Part shown: positions 9,752-19,040 of the stretch, one piece after another
Numbering within the stretch: position 1 is the stretch's first letter
How the letters are laid out: every line of letters starts with the position of its first letter
DNA from: a virus
Taxonomy: Duplodnaviria > Caudoviricetes
DNA: 64,000 nucleotides
IMG/VR virus record: IMGVR_UViG_3300046804_003859
Span: 216-64,215 of that record
Reading direction: 5' to 3' (one strand)
Program-made: the position numbers and the translations under genes
Notes under the pieces: generated by a model
What the model was told of the DNA's origin: nothing
Database searches by the model: none
Seen by the model: only the letters and a program-made list of their open reading frames with translations

Positions 9752-9998
9752 AGAGTTAGTTGGTGATATCTTAACTGAAGGTACATTAGTAAAAATTAAA
9801 CAACCGTGTTTTTTACAAATGATTCCTTCTAGATCCGATCCTGGTAAGTCAATGATGGCTTTAGTACCTTATGCTATGTACTTAGATGAACATTGCGTAA
9901 CAGTGGAAGCTAAAAATATTCTCTGGTCAGGCAAACCGGTTACTGAATTGTACAATCAATACAATAGTGCTTTTGGTTCCGGTATCCAATTAGTATGA
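9720..9998 (+). CDS. conserved T4-like small beta (Sm-like) protein
   Basis: IQVLKLVSGEELVG N-terminus and YNSAFGSGI C-terminus typical of genes near hsp20/gp43. Confidence 0.65.
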   Translation: MIQVLKLVSGEELVGDILTEGTLVKIKQPCFLQMIPSRSDPGKSMMALVPYAMYLDEHCVTVEAKNILWSGKPVTELYNQYNSAFGSGIQLV

Positions 9999-10187
9999 TT
10001 GTCAATTATGAACAAGAAACCCGTAAAGTTAGTCAACCCACTCAATCAAGAAGTTTGGTTCTGTAACGACTATAGTAACGTAAAGCTCGTTGAGGATGTA
10101 GAATACGTTACAGTTTATAAACCAGATAACCCTAAAAGAACTCACCTTATGCGTAAAGAAGCGTTACGTAAATTCAGTAATGCTTGA
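9999..10187 (+). CDS. hypothetical protein
   Basis: ORF in operon packing. Confidence 0.55.
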   Translation: MSIMNKKPVKLVNPLNQEVWFCNDYSNVKLVEDVEYVTVYKPDNPKRTHLMRKEALRKFSNA

Positions 10188-10235
10188 TTTCTTTCGTGAT
10201 GACTATATAATAGAGTTATCTACTAAGGAGGTAGT

Positions 10236-10532
10236 ATGAAAAAAGTTATTGTTTCTGCTGTTTTAGCTATGTGTTCGGTTAACGCTTTAGCTAGTGATTG
10301 GGTATTACCTGCTATAGGTGGTATTATTGTCGGCTCAATGTTAAATAGACCTTCGTACCCTAACTACGGTGGTGTACCGCAGGTATACGGTCCTGGCGGT
10401 TATGGCTCTCTACCTCCCCGGTCTATTTACTACGCACCACCGTTACTTCAGCAGACTTATAACTGTTTAGTACCTGTTCGTGATCCATTAACTGGTATGA
10501 TTCGTAATGAGGTAATGACCTGTGTCCAGTAA
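10236..10532 (+). CDS. secreted/membrane Gly-Pro-rich hypothetical protein
   Basis: signal peptide MKKVIVSAVLAMCSVNALA; RBS AAGGAGG; upstream TTGATT..TATAAT. Confidence 0.7.
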   Translation: MKKVIVSAVLAMCSVNALASDWVLPAIGGIIVGSMLNRPSYPNYGGVPQVYGPGGYGSLPPRSIYYAPPLLQQTYNCLVPVRDPLTGMIRNEVMTCVQ

Positions 10533-10758
10533 CGTAGTTTTTACTGCTGATATACTTGAGACGGATGATGGCTCTGGGGACGCTATATTACAGTTCCCAG
10601 AGGACTTCGTTTCTCAAAATGACTGGCGTGAAGGTGATCGAATACACATGAAAGTTGTTGGGGAGTCTTTAGTGATGAAAAATTTAGATTGGATGGCCCG
10701 TGAAAATATACCTATCGAAACCGAGACACCATTGGATAAGCCCGTACACGGTACTTGA
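10522..10758 (+). CDS. AbrB/MazE-like DNA-binding domain protein
   Basis: GDAILQFPEDFVSQNDWREGDRIHMKV swapped-hairpin pattern. Confidence 0.6.
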   Translation: MSSNVVFTADILETDDGSGDAILQFPEDFVSQNDWREGDRIHMKVVGESLVMKNLDWMARENIPIETETPLDKPVHGT

Positions 10759-11305
10759 AAAGATTATATTCTGGCGGGAAATAGATTATGATGAGCCGTT
10801 TATAGTAAAGTGGTCGGATCGACTTGAACCTATCTCAAAAGCTATACAGAAGTTTTTAGACTTTGTTCATCCTGAAATAAGGTACATAAAAATAGACCAT
10901 TGGGATACATGGTCTATGGATCATACTTTATCTCTCTTAATTGTACCTATGCTTAAGCAGTTACATAAAGAAAAGCATGGGGGACCGTTAGTAGATGATA
11001 AAGATGTTCCTGAGGAATTAAAATCTACTTCAGCTCCTCCTAAAGAAAATGATTGGGATATAGATGACAATCATTTTAAACGTTGGGATTGGGTAATGGA
11101 GGAAATGATTTGGACTTTCGAGCAGTTATGTGACTGGGATAACGATAAGGCTTTCTTTGACTACGGTCCCAAGGTACAAAATGAGTCGTTTGAAAATTCT
11201 ATCAAGCGTATTAAAGTAGATCACGATGGATTAAATTCCCATAATGATCGTATTCAAAATGGTTTGCGTTTATTTGGTAAATACTATAGGAGCTTGTGGG
11301 ACTAA
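10700..11305 (+). CDS. conserved phage hypothetical protein
   Basis: WDTWSMDHTL, GLRLFGKYYRSLWD ending. Confidence 0.7.
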   Translation: MKIYLSKPRHHWISPYTVLEKIIFWREIDYDEPFIVKWSDRLEPISKAIQKFLDFVHPEIRYIKIDHWDTWSMDHTLSLLIVPMLKQLHKEKHGGPLVDDKDVPEELKSTSAPPKENDWDIDDNHFKRWDWVMEEMIWTFEQLCDWDNDKAFFDYGPKVQNESFENSIKRIKVDHDGLNSHNDRIQNGLRLFGKYYRSLWD

Positions 11306-11466
11306 TGAATAGAATCGATATTTCAACTTACCTAACTGAGGTAATGGATAGTGATGAAAAGTATATTGTTCGCGAATATCGCGATGATGGTACTGTAGTC
11401 CGAACTCGTGTAGTACAAACTCAAGAAGCTGCTGAGAACGTGAAACTAGAATGGCAAAAGCAATAG
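11305..11466 (+). CDS. small hypothetical protein (53 aa, not in ORF track)
   Basis: TAATG coupling; MNRIDISTYLTEVMDSDEKYIVREYRDDG...EWQKQ fills the gap exactly. Confidence 0.6.
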   Translation: MNRIDISTYLTEVMDSDEKYIVREYRDDGTVVRTRVVQTQEAAENVKLEWQKQ

Positions 11467-12179
11467 TAATAACACCCTCAACCGGGTCACCTGAGCTACA
11501 AGATGCTATTACATCAGTATTAGATCAGACGGTAGAGGTTGATCATTTAGTTGTTTGTGACGGAAATCAGTTTAGAGAAAAAGTTAGCTTTATTGTTGAT
11601 AAGGTAATAGAACATCCTAGAGTAACAGCTTGTTACTTACCATACAATACAGGTGGACATGGTTTTTATGGTCATAGAATTATGGCTGCTTTCAGCCACT
11701 TAATTAACCATGACTATATTCTTTTTCTAGACCAAGATAACTGGTATGAGCCTAATCATGTTGAATCTTTAATAGATGTAATTGAGTCTAAAGGGTACGA
11801 CTGGTCATACTCGTTAAGAAAAATCTTTAATAAAGATAAAGAGTACCTTACAGTAGATAATTGTGAATCATTAGGTCGATGGCCGGTATGGGTTAATGAA
11901 AAAGCTCATCTTATTGATTCTAGTTCTTACTGTTTAAAAACATCGTTTATTCGTAAGTATGGTCATACCTGGGATCACGGTTGGGGTGCTGATAGAAGAT
12001 TTTATACTATCATAAAAGAGCATCTTAAGCATGATAAGTATGGCACTAACGGTAAACATACGCTGTGCTACAGGTTAGGTGGTAATCCGGGTTCAGTGAA
12101 TGCAGAATTTTTTACGGAAGGTAATAAAAAATTCGAGCAAGAATATAATGGAAAGTTTCCGTGGCTAGCATCTTTGTAA
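11451..12179 (+). CDS. glycosyltransferase family 2
   Basis: VITPSTG, LVVCDG, YILFLDQDNWYEPNH. Confidence 0.85.
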   Translation: MAKAIVITPSTGSPELQDAITSVLDQTVEVDHLVVCDGNQFREKVSFIVDKVIEHPRVTACYLPYNTGGHGFYGHRIMAAFSHLINHDYILFLDQDNWYEPNHVESLIDVIESKGYDWSYSLRKIFNKDKEYLTVDNCESLGRWPVWVNEKAHLIDSSSYCLKTSFIRKYGHTWDHGWGADRRFYTIIKEHLKHDKYGTNGKHTLCYRLGGNPGSVNAEFFTEGNKKFEQEYNGKFPWLASL

Positions 12180-12568
12180 ACGGTACATTCGACGTCTTAC
12201 ATCCCGGACATATTAGACTTTTAAGTTACGCTAAATCGCTAGGTACAAGACTTTTTGTAGCTATAGATAGTGACTTAAGAGTCAAGCAACTTAAAGGTAG
12301 TCATAGACCAATTAATGATCAAGCTATTCGTAAAGAAATGCTTTTAGCATTAAAGTCTGTAGATGAAGTTGAAGTGTTTGATTCTGATGAAGAACTAAAG
12401 ATGTGGATCAATCAGATAAGACCTTATATAATGGTTGTTGGTAGTGATTATAGAAATAAAAATGTTATAGGAAGTGAGCTTGCAAAAAATCTCGTCTTTT
12501 ACGAACGAATACCAGAATACTCCTCAACTAGTGTCATTAGACAAATACAAGATTTGTCTGATAGGTGA
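12161..12568 (+). CDS. rfaE2: heptose-1-phosphate adenylyltransferase-like (HldE domain II / HldC)
   Basis: VNGTFDVLHPGH, DSDLRVKQLKGSHRPIN, GSDY, YSSTS. Confidence 0.85.
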   Translation: MASIFVNGTFDVLHPGHIRLLSYAKSLGTRLFVAIDSDLRVKQLKGSHRPINDQAIRKEMLLALKSVDEVEVFDSDEELKMWINQIRPYIMVVGSDYRNKNVIGSELAKNLVFYERIPEYSSTSVIRQIQDLSDR

Positions 12569-13277
12569 CTCTTGCATTGATGAGTATCAGTTTGGTGTTG
12601 TAGATAGAATCTCACCCGAGGCTCCTGTACCTGTCTTTCGTTATCTGTATTCGGAAGAAAGACCTGGTATGGTTCTTAATGTAAAAAATAATTTAGAAAA
12701 ATATCCTATAGAGGTTGATTTATTTACCGGAGATCCATCTCGTAAAATTAGAGTGGTAGATAATAGATCTAAACAACACCTTCTTAGAATAGATCACGAT
12801 GTCTTCGTAAAAGAGCCTTTACGTAGTATTGATAATATTGAACAGTATGATGCAGTAGTTGTTAGTGATTATGATAAAGGTTCTGTAAATTATACTCTTT
12901 TAGAATACGTTTGTAATAACTTTACTGGTCCTATTTACATCGATACTAAGAAAAAAGATCTGCAACGTTTTAGTAATAGTATTATTAAGATAAACGAGCA
13001 AGAACGTAATCAATGTATCTCTACTACTAGTGAAATGGTGGTGACGTTAGGTAGCAGGGGTGCTATCTATAAAGATAAAATTTACAAAAGTGAAAATGTA
13101 GAGGTATCGGATGTGTGTGGTGCAGGTGACACGTTTTTAGCTGCACTGGCTTTTTGGCATCTTACGACTAGTAGATTAGATTTAGCTATACCTTTAGCAA
13201 ACAAAGCAGCTGCTGTTACAGTTCAGCATTTCGGAACTTATGCACCTAGTGTAGAAGAGTATTATGACAAGACTTGA
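12474..13277 (+). CDS. rfaE1: heptose-7-phosphate kinase-like (HldE domain I / HldA, PfkB family); start may be GTG 12531
   Basis: IGDSCIDEY..RISPEAPVPV, VSDYDKG, DVCGAGDTFLA. Confidence 0.88.
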   Translation: MSLQKISSFTNEYQNTPQLVSLDKYKICLIGDSCIDEYQFGVVDRISPEAPVPVFRYLYSEERPGMVLNVKNNLEKYPIEVDLFTGDPSRKIRVVDNRSKQHLLRIDHDVFVKEPLRSIDNIEQYDAVVVSDYDKGSVNYTLLEYVCNNFTGPIYIDTKKKDLQRFSNSIIKINEQERNQCISTTSEMVVTLGSRGAIYKDKIYKSENVEVSDVCGAGDTFLAALAFWHLTTSRLDLAIPLANKAAAVTVQHFGTYAPSVEEYYDKT

Positions 13278-13632
13278 AGGTCACGTTAAAAAAGGTTGGG
13301 GTTCAGAATATATCTGGGCTACTAATGATAAGTATTGTGCTAAGATGTTAAACTTTAACAAGGGTGCAAAGTTCTCTATGCACTTTCATGCAGTTAAAGA
13401 CGAAACTTGGTATGTACTTAGCGGTAAGTTTGAAGTACACTATATAGATACAGATAATGCTAGGATACACATAGCGGATCTAATACCAGGTAGTGCTTGG
13501 CATAACGCACCTTTACTACCTCATCGATTAGTATGTATTGAAGAGGGAACTATTATTGAAGTTAGTACACCTGACTCTGTAGAAGATAATTACAGAGTGC
13601 TTCCAGGTGATAGTCAGTCAGTCGCGGGGTAG
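13264..13632 (+). CDS. cupin domain protein (sugar isomerase-like)
   Basis: VKKGWGSE, SMHFHAVKDETWYVLSG, PHRL, EVSTPDS. Confidence 0.8.
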   Translation: MTRLEGHVKKGWGSEYIWATNDKYCAKMLNFNKGAKFSMHFHAVKDETWYVLSGKFEVHYIDTDNARIHIADLIPGSAWHNAPLLPHRLVCIEEGTIIEVSTPDSVEDNYRVLPGDSQSVAG

Positions 13633-13697
13633 CTCAGAGGTAGAGCGCTGGACTCATAATCCAGAAGTCGTAGGTTCGATTCCTACCCCCGCAACCA
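13623..13697 (+). tRNA. tRNA-Met(CAT), initiator-like acceptor stem, encoded CCA
   Basis: CGCGGGG acceptor / CCCCGCA-A-CCA; D-stem GCTC/GAGC; anticodon arm CTGGA-CTCATAA-TCCAG; T-arm GTAGG-TTCGATT-CCTAC. Confidence 0.95.
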
Positions 13698-14153
13698 TTA
13701 AACAGATTTATTGCAGATAGCTTTGAATACTTCATTACGAGCGGTACCTTCTGCAGTAAGATCAGATACCCATTCGCCCATCTGGTAGTATTGTAGATAT
13801 TGTACTGTATTATCTTCTGCGGAATACAAACTACCTAATAAATATAATTTTTTATTCTCGCAGTCCATTGCACCGTAAGTAAACACTCTTTTTACAGGTT
13901 TTTCCATATAACTGTAAGTCTCAAAAGTGTCGTATGTAGTTTGTGATTGTACCATTAAATACCCATTACTTTCTTCGATATCGCCTTTTGCAAGATAAAC
14001 TTTATAACCAGCTTCTTTTGCTATAAAGTTCCAATCACTTTCATTAAATGATATTACTTGCTGGTCACCGTGAGGTACAACTTGAAGTCTGTAAGGCTCT
14101 GCACCTGCACTAATAGACATTAAAAACATTATAATAAAAAGTATGATTTTCAT
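13698..14153 (-). CDS. secreted hypothetical protein
   Basis: signal peptide MKIILFIIMFLMSISAGA; two Cys. Confidence 0.7.
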   Translation of the reverse strand: MKIILFIIMFLMSISAGAEPYRLQVVPHGDQQVISFNESDWNFIAKEAGYKVYLAKGDIEESNGYLMVQSQTTYDTFETYSYMEKPVKRVFTYGAMDCENKKLYLLGSLYSAEDNTVQYLQYYQMGEWVSDLTAEGTARNEVFKAICNKSV

Positions 14154-14162
14154 TTCCGATCC

Positions 14163-14945
14163 TTATAGTTGTCCACTATTTATCTCACAATCTACCCATA
14201 TTAAATTATTATACCAGTCATACACAACATTTCCTTTTGGAACTAAGCAACGACCTAGTTCAGGATATACATCTATTCTTACTTGTACTACAGCCCATAC
14301 AAGCCATACAAGGTAAGAGATGACGACTAATGCTACACCGTACTTCCAAGCCTCGCATTTAATTTTTTCTATTCTTTTTTTCTTTAATGCAGCTGCTTTC
14401 TTATCTGCAACACGCTTTTTCGACCAAGCAATTGCTTGCTCTTTTTTCATTTTTTCCATCATAGCATATACACGGGTGTATAGATCCCCTAACTCAGGAG
14501 GACAATTGTACACCATCAATTCACGTAATTCAGCTTCCATAGCCGTAAGCCGGCTTTGCATAAGTACTCGTTGTAATGCTCTTTTACCTAAACTAGTATC
14601 ACCCGTATAAACTTCCTTAGCATGCTTTTCTTCATCTTCAAATATAGCCTGACACTTGGCATAATTTTCAAAGTATTGTCCTAATGATTCACCAATCTCT
14701 GTATAAAGGTCATTAGGTTGTTTTTTGCTAAGTTCAATTACACGATTTTTTTCTTCAATATACTGATTTTTTTCAGCTACAGTAGGAGCTCTATCTTTAA
14801 ACCGATTATGAAACTGGTCTTCTAAATCTTTGAGTACGCCTTTTACATCTCCGGCTGCTCCGGCTATTTCTTTATATAATTCACACCCTTTTTTTACTGC
14901 TTGCACCGCGCCCTGCGCTAGTGCAAATAGCGTTATTGGATCCAT
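14163..14945 (-). CDS. helical membrane protein with C-terminal TM segment
   Basis: N-terminal amphipathic MDPITLFALAQGAVQ; TM GVALVVISYLVWLVWAVV. Confidence 0.75.
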   Translation of the reverse strand: MDPITLFALAQGAVQAVKKGCELYKEIAGAAGDVKGVLKDLEDQFHNRFKDRAPTVAEKNQYIEEKNRVIELSKKQPNDLYTEIGESLGQYFENYAKCQAIFEDEEKHAKEVYTGDTSLGKRALQRVLMQSRLTAMEAELRELMVYNCPPELGDLYTRVYAMMEKMKKEQAIAWSKKRVADKKAAALKKKRIEKIKCEAWKYGVALVVISYLVWLVWAVVQVRIDVYPELGRCLVPKGNVVYDWYNNLIWVDCEINSGQL

Positions 14946-14992
14946 TTACCTTTTCTATAGATTAAAACCTACAAATATGTTAAAATACAAAA

Positions 14993-17503
14993 ATGTTTTA
15001 CTATACTAATGTCCATACCTACGGCAATAACATCCTCTTTCGTGGGATGAAAGACGGCAAACGTGTTAATCAAAAAATACCGTTTCAGCCTGCTCTATAT
15101 GCTCGTGCAAATAAACAAACTGAGTTTAAATCCTTAACGGGTGAATATCTTGAGAAAATTAAATTCTCAAGTATTACCGATGCTAGAGATTATGTAAAAA
15201 GATATAAAGATGTAAGTAATTTTCCGATATACGGAAATACAAACTACGGTTATCAGTTCATAAGTAAACTGTTTCCCGAAGACATAAGATTCGATATCAC
15301 ACAAATGAAGATCGTGACTATCGATATTGAAACGTCAACTGAATACGGTTTCCCGGATCCAAGACACGCTCAGGAAGAGATCTTGCTCATTACTATGCAG
15401 GATTACAACACTAAGAGAATCGTCTCTTTCGGGTGTGGTCCGTATCTAAGCAAGAAAAATAATGCAGAATATATTCAATGCACTGATGAATTCGACTTAT
15501 TGAGGAAATTCATCAACGAACTAAGATCTGACTATCCAGATATTATTACAGGTTGGAACTGTCAGCTGTTCGATATAGCTTATTTATCTACTCGGATATC
15601 CAGAGTCCTCGGTGATAAAGCGCTGGAAGAGTGCTCACCCTGGGGTAAAATCACTAATCGAGAAGTACCATTCGCTCGCGGTAGAACGCAGCTAGCGTAC
15701 GATTGGATCGGTATTTCTATTCTCGATTATATGGATCTCTATAAGAAGTTCTCATATAAAGTGGTAGAGAACTATAAACTGGATACGGTAGCTAAAGAAG
15801 AGTTAAATAAAGAGAAAATCAAGCATAAGTACACCTCATTTAAAGAGTTCTATACTAATGACTGGGAACTATTTGTAGACTATAATATTGTCGACGTAGA
15901 ACTAGTAGATGAACTAGAAGATAAGATGCAGCTAATTAATCTTATCTTAACTATGGCATATGATGCTAAGTGTAACTTTACTGATATCTATTCTTCGGTT
16001 CGAACCTGGGATTGTATCCTTTGGAATAAACTAATCAAAGAAAATATTATACCGTATAACCCACCGCCTGTAGACCCTTCTTTAGATAGACAAATCTTAG
16101 GGGCATTCGTAAAGGAACCTGAACCCGGGCAGTATGATTGGGTAGTATCTTTCGATGCTACATCGCTGTACCCTTCTATTATTATGACCTGGAACATGTC
16201 ACCAGAGACATTAATAGATGGTCAGAAGTATCTAGCTGACGATGAAAAATCTATTGAACGGTTACTTAATAAAGACGTCAATACAAAGAACATTCACGAT
16301 GACGATGTGGCAATGACTGCAAATGGTCAGTGCTTTAGAAAAGATATAAAAGGTATCTTTCCTCAACTGATTGAATTTTACTTTGGTGAGAGACAAAAAG
16401 CTAAAAAGTTAATGCTTAAAGCTCAATCCTTATACGAAGAGACGAAAGACAAAAAATATCTTAAGGAGATATCTAGTTTAAACTCAAAGCAAATGGCAGC
16501 GAAGATTCTTATGAACTCGCTATACGGTGCAATGGGTAATATATACTTTAGGTACTACGATATTCGCGTGGCGGAAGGTATTACTATGACCGGTCAGTTA
16601 ATTATTCGATCGGTAGCTAAACGTATGAACGAATTTATTAATAAGGAGTGTAAAACAAATGGAGTCGATTATTCTTTTTATTCTGATACTGATTCTACCT
16701 ACATTACCCTTGGTAGGCTTGCGAAGACTAAGTTCGCAAATGGATCAAAATCCGAAATTGTGGGACAAATTGACGACTATTGCAAACAGTTCGTCGAACC
16801 AGTCATCAATGACGCCTGCAACGATCTCTCAGAATACCTCAACACGTACACGAAGAAAATCAACTTCAAGCGAGAGGTAATCGCTGACCGTGGTATCTGG
16901 ATTGCAAAGAAAAGATATGCATTAAACGTCTATAATGCAGAAGGTGTATCGTACGATCCGCCGAAGTTAAAAGTGCTTGGTATGGAGATCGTTAGATCGT
17001 CAACACCTGCACCGGTACGTAAGGCTCTAAAAGAAGCCGTTCATATTACACTAACTCAAGATGAAGAAGCTATTAAGAAGTTTGTAGCCGAACTTGAAAA
17101 AGAATGGAATAAACTGGAGCCTGAAGATATCGCTTTCCCTAGAGGTATTAATGGTGTTAAGGAGTACAGTGATGCTAATTCTATCTTTAGAAAAGGTACT
17201 CCTATTCACGTAAGAGGTGCGTTAATTTATAATCACCTTTTAACGTCGAAAAACTTAGAGAAAAAATATCAAAAGATTCAAGAGGGTGATAAAATTAAAT
17301 TTTTATATCTACGTGAACCTAATCCTCTTGGTACTCACGTAATTACTTTCCTTGAGGGGTTACCTCCGGAATTTAGATTACGGGATTATGTTGATTATGA
17401 GACTATGTTTGAAAAGTCGTTTCTAGAACCACTTAACTCGTTATTGAGTTGTATCGGGTGGCAATTAAAAGAACAAGCATCATTAGAAGGATTATTCGGA
17501 TGA
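14993..17503 (+). CDS. 43: DNA polymerase family B gp43
   Basis: DIET ExoI, GWNCQLFD, SFDATSLYPSII, KILMNSLYG, YSDTDS, KKRYAL. Confidence 0.97.
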   Translation: MFYYTNVHTYGNNILFRGMKDGKRVNQKIPFQPALYARANKQTEFKSLTGEYLEKIKFSSITDARDYVKRYKDVSNFPIYGNTNYGYQFISKLFPEDIRFDITQMKIVTIDIETSTEYGFPDPRHAQEEILLITMQDYNTKRIVSFGCGPYLSKKNNAEYIQCTDEFDLLRKFINELRSDYPDIITGWNCQLFDIAYLSTRISRVLGDKALEECSPWGKITNREVPFARGRTQLAYDWIGISILDYMDLYKKFSYKVVENYKLDTVAKEELNKEKIKHKYTSFKEFYTNDWELFVDYNIVDVELVDELEDKMQLINLILTMAYDAKCNFTDIYSSVRTWDCILWNKLIKENIIPYNPPPVDPSLDRQILGAFVKEPEPGQYDWVVSFDATSLYPSIIMTWNMSPETLIDGQKYLADDEKSIERLLNKDVNTKNIHDDDVAMTANGQCFRKDIKGIFPQLIEFYFGERQKAKKLMLKAQSLYEETKDKKYLKEISSLNSKQMAAKILMNSLYGAMGNIYFRYYDIRVAEGITMTGQLIIRSVAKRMNEFINKECKTNGVDYSFYSDTDSTYITLGRLAKTKFANGSKSEIVGQIDDYCKQFVEPVINDACNDLSEYLNTYTKKINFKREVIADRGIWIAKKRYALNVYNAEGVSYDPPKLKVLGMEIVRSSTPAPVRKALKEAVHITLTQDEEAIKKFVAELEKEWNKLEPEDIAFPRGINGVKEYSDANSIFRKGTPIHVRGALIYNHLLTSKNLEKKYQKIQEGDKIKFLYLREPNPLGTHVITFLEGLPPEFRLRDYVDYETMFEKSFLEPLNSLLSCIGWQLKEQASLEGLFG

Positions 17504-17934
17504 AAAAATTATTAATTTTACTAGCATTTTTACCTCTAGTTTCAGTACAAGCTAAAGACAAAGATGGTGTAATGTATGAAGTTACTATTACACGTGTCAA
17601 GGATGGTGATACAGTAGCATTTAAAGCTGATTGGTTACCTGACCCGTTACCGAAAGAGCTAGCAGTAAGAGTTTACGGTGTAGATACTCCTGAAAAAGGT
17701 CATCGTGCACAATGCCCGCAAGAAGATGCAAGAGGTCAAGCTGCTACTAAATTTACTACTAATGCGGTAGCTAAGTCAACAAAACGACAAGTATTATTAA
17801 TGGGTTGGGATAAATTTGGTGGTCGAGTACTCGGTGATATTATTCTAGATGGTCAAAGCTTACGTCAAATGTTAATCCAGAACGGATTCGCAAGAGAGTA
17901 TTACGGGGAAGCTAAACAAAGCTGGTGTAATTGA
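17500..17934 (+). CDS. thermonuclease (SNase-like) with signal peptide
   Basis: VKDGDT, VRVYGVDTPE, DKFGGRVLG; start ATG 17500 overlaps the gp43 stop. Confidence 0.88.
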   Translation: MKKLLILLAFLPLVSVQAKDKDGVMYEVTITRVKDGDTVAFKADWLPDPLPKELAVRVYGVDTPEKGHRAQCPQEDARGQAATKFTTNAVAKSTKRQVLLMGWDKFGGRVLGDIILDGQSLRQMLIQNGFAREYYGEAKQSWCN

Positions 17935-17959
17935 TTTACTCCTTCTTTTAGAATATAAT
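17931..17959 (+). promoter_or_regulatory. sigma70-like early promoter
   Basis: TTGATT-17nt-TATAAT upstream of uvsX. Confidence 0.65.
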
Positions 17960-17981
17960 ATATTATGCTAAGGAGAAAATT

Positions 17982-19040
17982 ATGTCGTTGTTAGATAAAT
18001 TGAAAAAGAATAGTACTATTAAAGAAACAGATGTATTAGCTAACTCTAAGTTCTTTAACTCTAAAGACCTTATTCATACACCAGTACCTATGGTTAACGT
18101 AGCGTTATCAGGTCGTCTGGATGGAGGTCTTACTCCTGGTCTAACAGTATTTGCAGGGCCGTCTAAGCACTTTAAGACGGCTTTTGCATTACTATTAGCT
18201 AAGTCTTATCTTGACAAATATGAAGATGCAGCGGTTTTATTTTACGATTCTGAGTTTGGTTCCCCTCAGTCTTATTTTACTTCGTTCGGTATACCTACTG
18301 ACAGAGTCATACACACCCCGATTACAGATATTGAGCAGCTCAAGCATGATTCTATGGCTCAGTTGTCTAATATTGAGCGAGGTGACCATCTTATCATTAT
18401 TATTGACTCAGTGGGTAACCTAGCTTCACGTAAAGAAGTAGAAGATGCTATTGATGGTAAGTCAGTAGCAGACATGTCTAGAGCTAAGCAACTTAAGTCA
18501 TTATTCCGTATGGTAACACCTCACCTGACTCTTAAAGATATACCTATGGTAGTAGTTAATCATACGTATAAAGAGATTGGTTTATTTCCTAAGGATATTG
18601 TTGCCGGTGGTACTGGTTCTTACTATTCAGCGGATAACATTTATATTATTGGTCGTCAGCAAGAAAAAGAAGGCTCTGATATTGTAGGGTATAACTTTAT
18701 TATTAACGTGGAGAAGTCTAGACATGTTCGTGAAAAATCGAAAATCCCTATCGAGGTCTCTTTTGAGGGTGGTATCAGTAAATGGTCAGGGCTCCTTGAC
18801 GTGGCCCTTGACGGAGGCTTTGTCACCAAACCGTCTAACGGTTGGTACGCAAGAGCTGGTGAGGAGCAGAAGTATAGAGCTAAGGACACCTACTCGAAAG
18901 AGTTCTGGTTACCTATTCTAGCTTCTAAACAATTTCAAGAGTATATTCAGAAAACTTATCAAATCTCTTCTACTGATATGCTAGCTGCAGATCTTTCTGA
19001 TGATGATTTAGAGGAGGAGTTTGCTAATGCTGAGGAATGA
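17982..19040 (+). CDS. uvsX: RecA-like recombinase UvsX
   Basis: AGPSKHFKT, FYDSEFG, DSVGNLASRKE, VVVNHTY. Confidence 0.95.
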   Translation: MSLLDKLKKNSTIKETDVLANSKFFNSKDLIHTPVPMVNVALSGRLDGGLTPGLTVFAGPSKHFKTAFALLLAKSYLDKYEDAAVLFYDSEFGSPQSYFTSFGIPTDRVIHTPITDIEQLKHDSMAQLSNIERGDHLIIIIDSVGNLASRKEVEDAIDGKSVADMSRAKQLKSLFRMVTPHLTLKDIPMVVVNHTYKEIGLFPKDIVAGGTGSYYSADNIYIIGRQQEKEGSDIVGYNFIINVEKSRHVREKSKIPIEVSFEGGISKWSGLLDVALDGGFVTKPSNGWYARAGEEQKYRAKDTYSKEFWLPILASKQFQEYIQKTYQISSTDMLAADLSDDDLEEEFANAEE

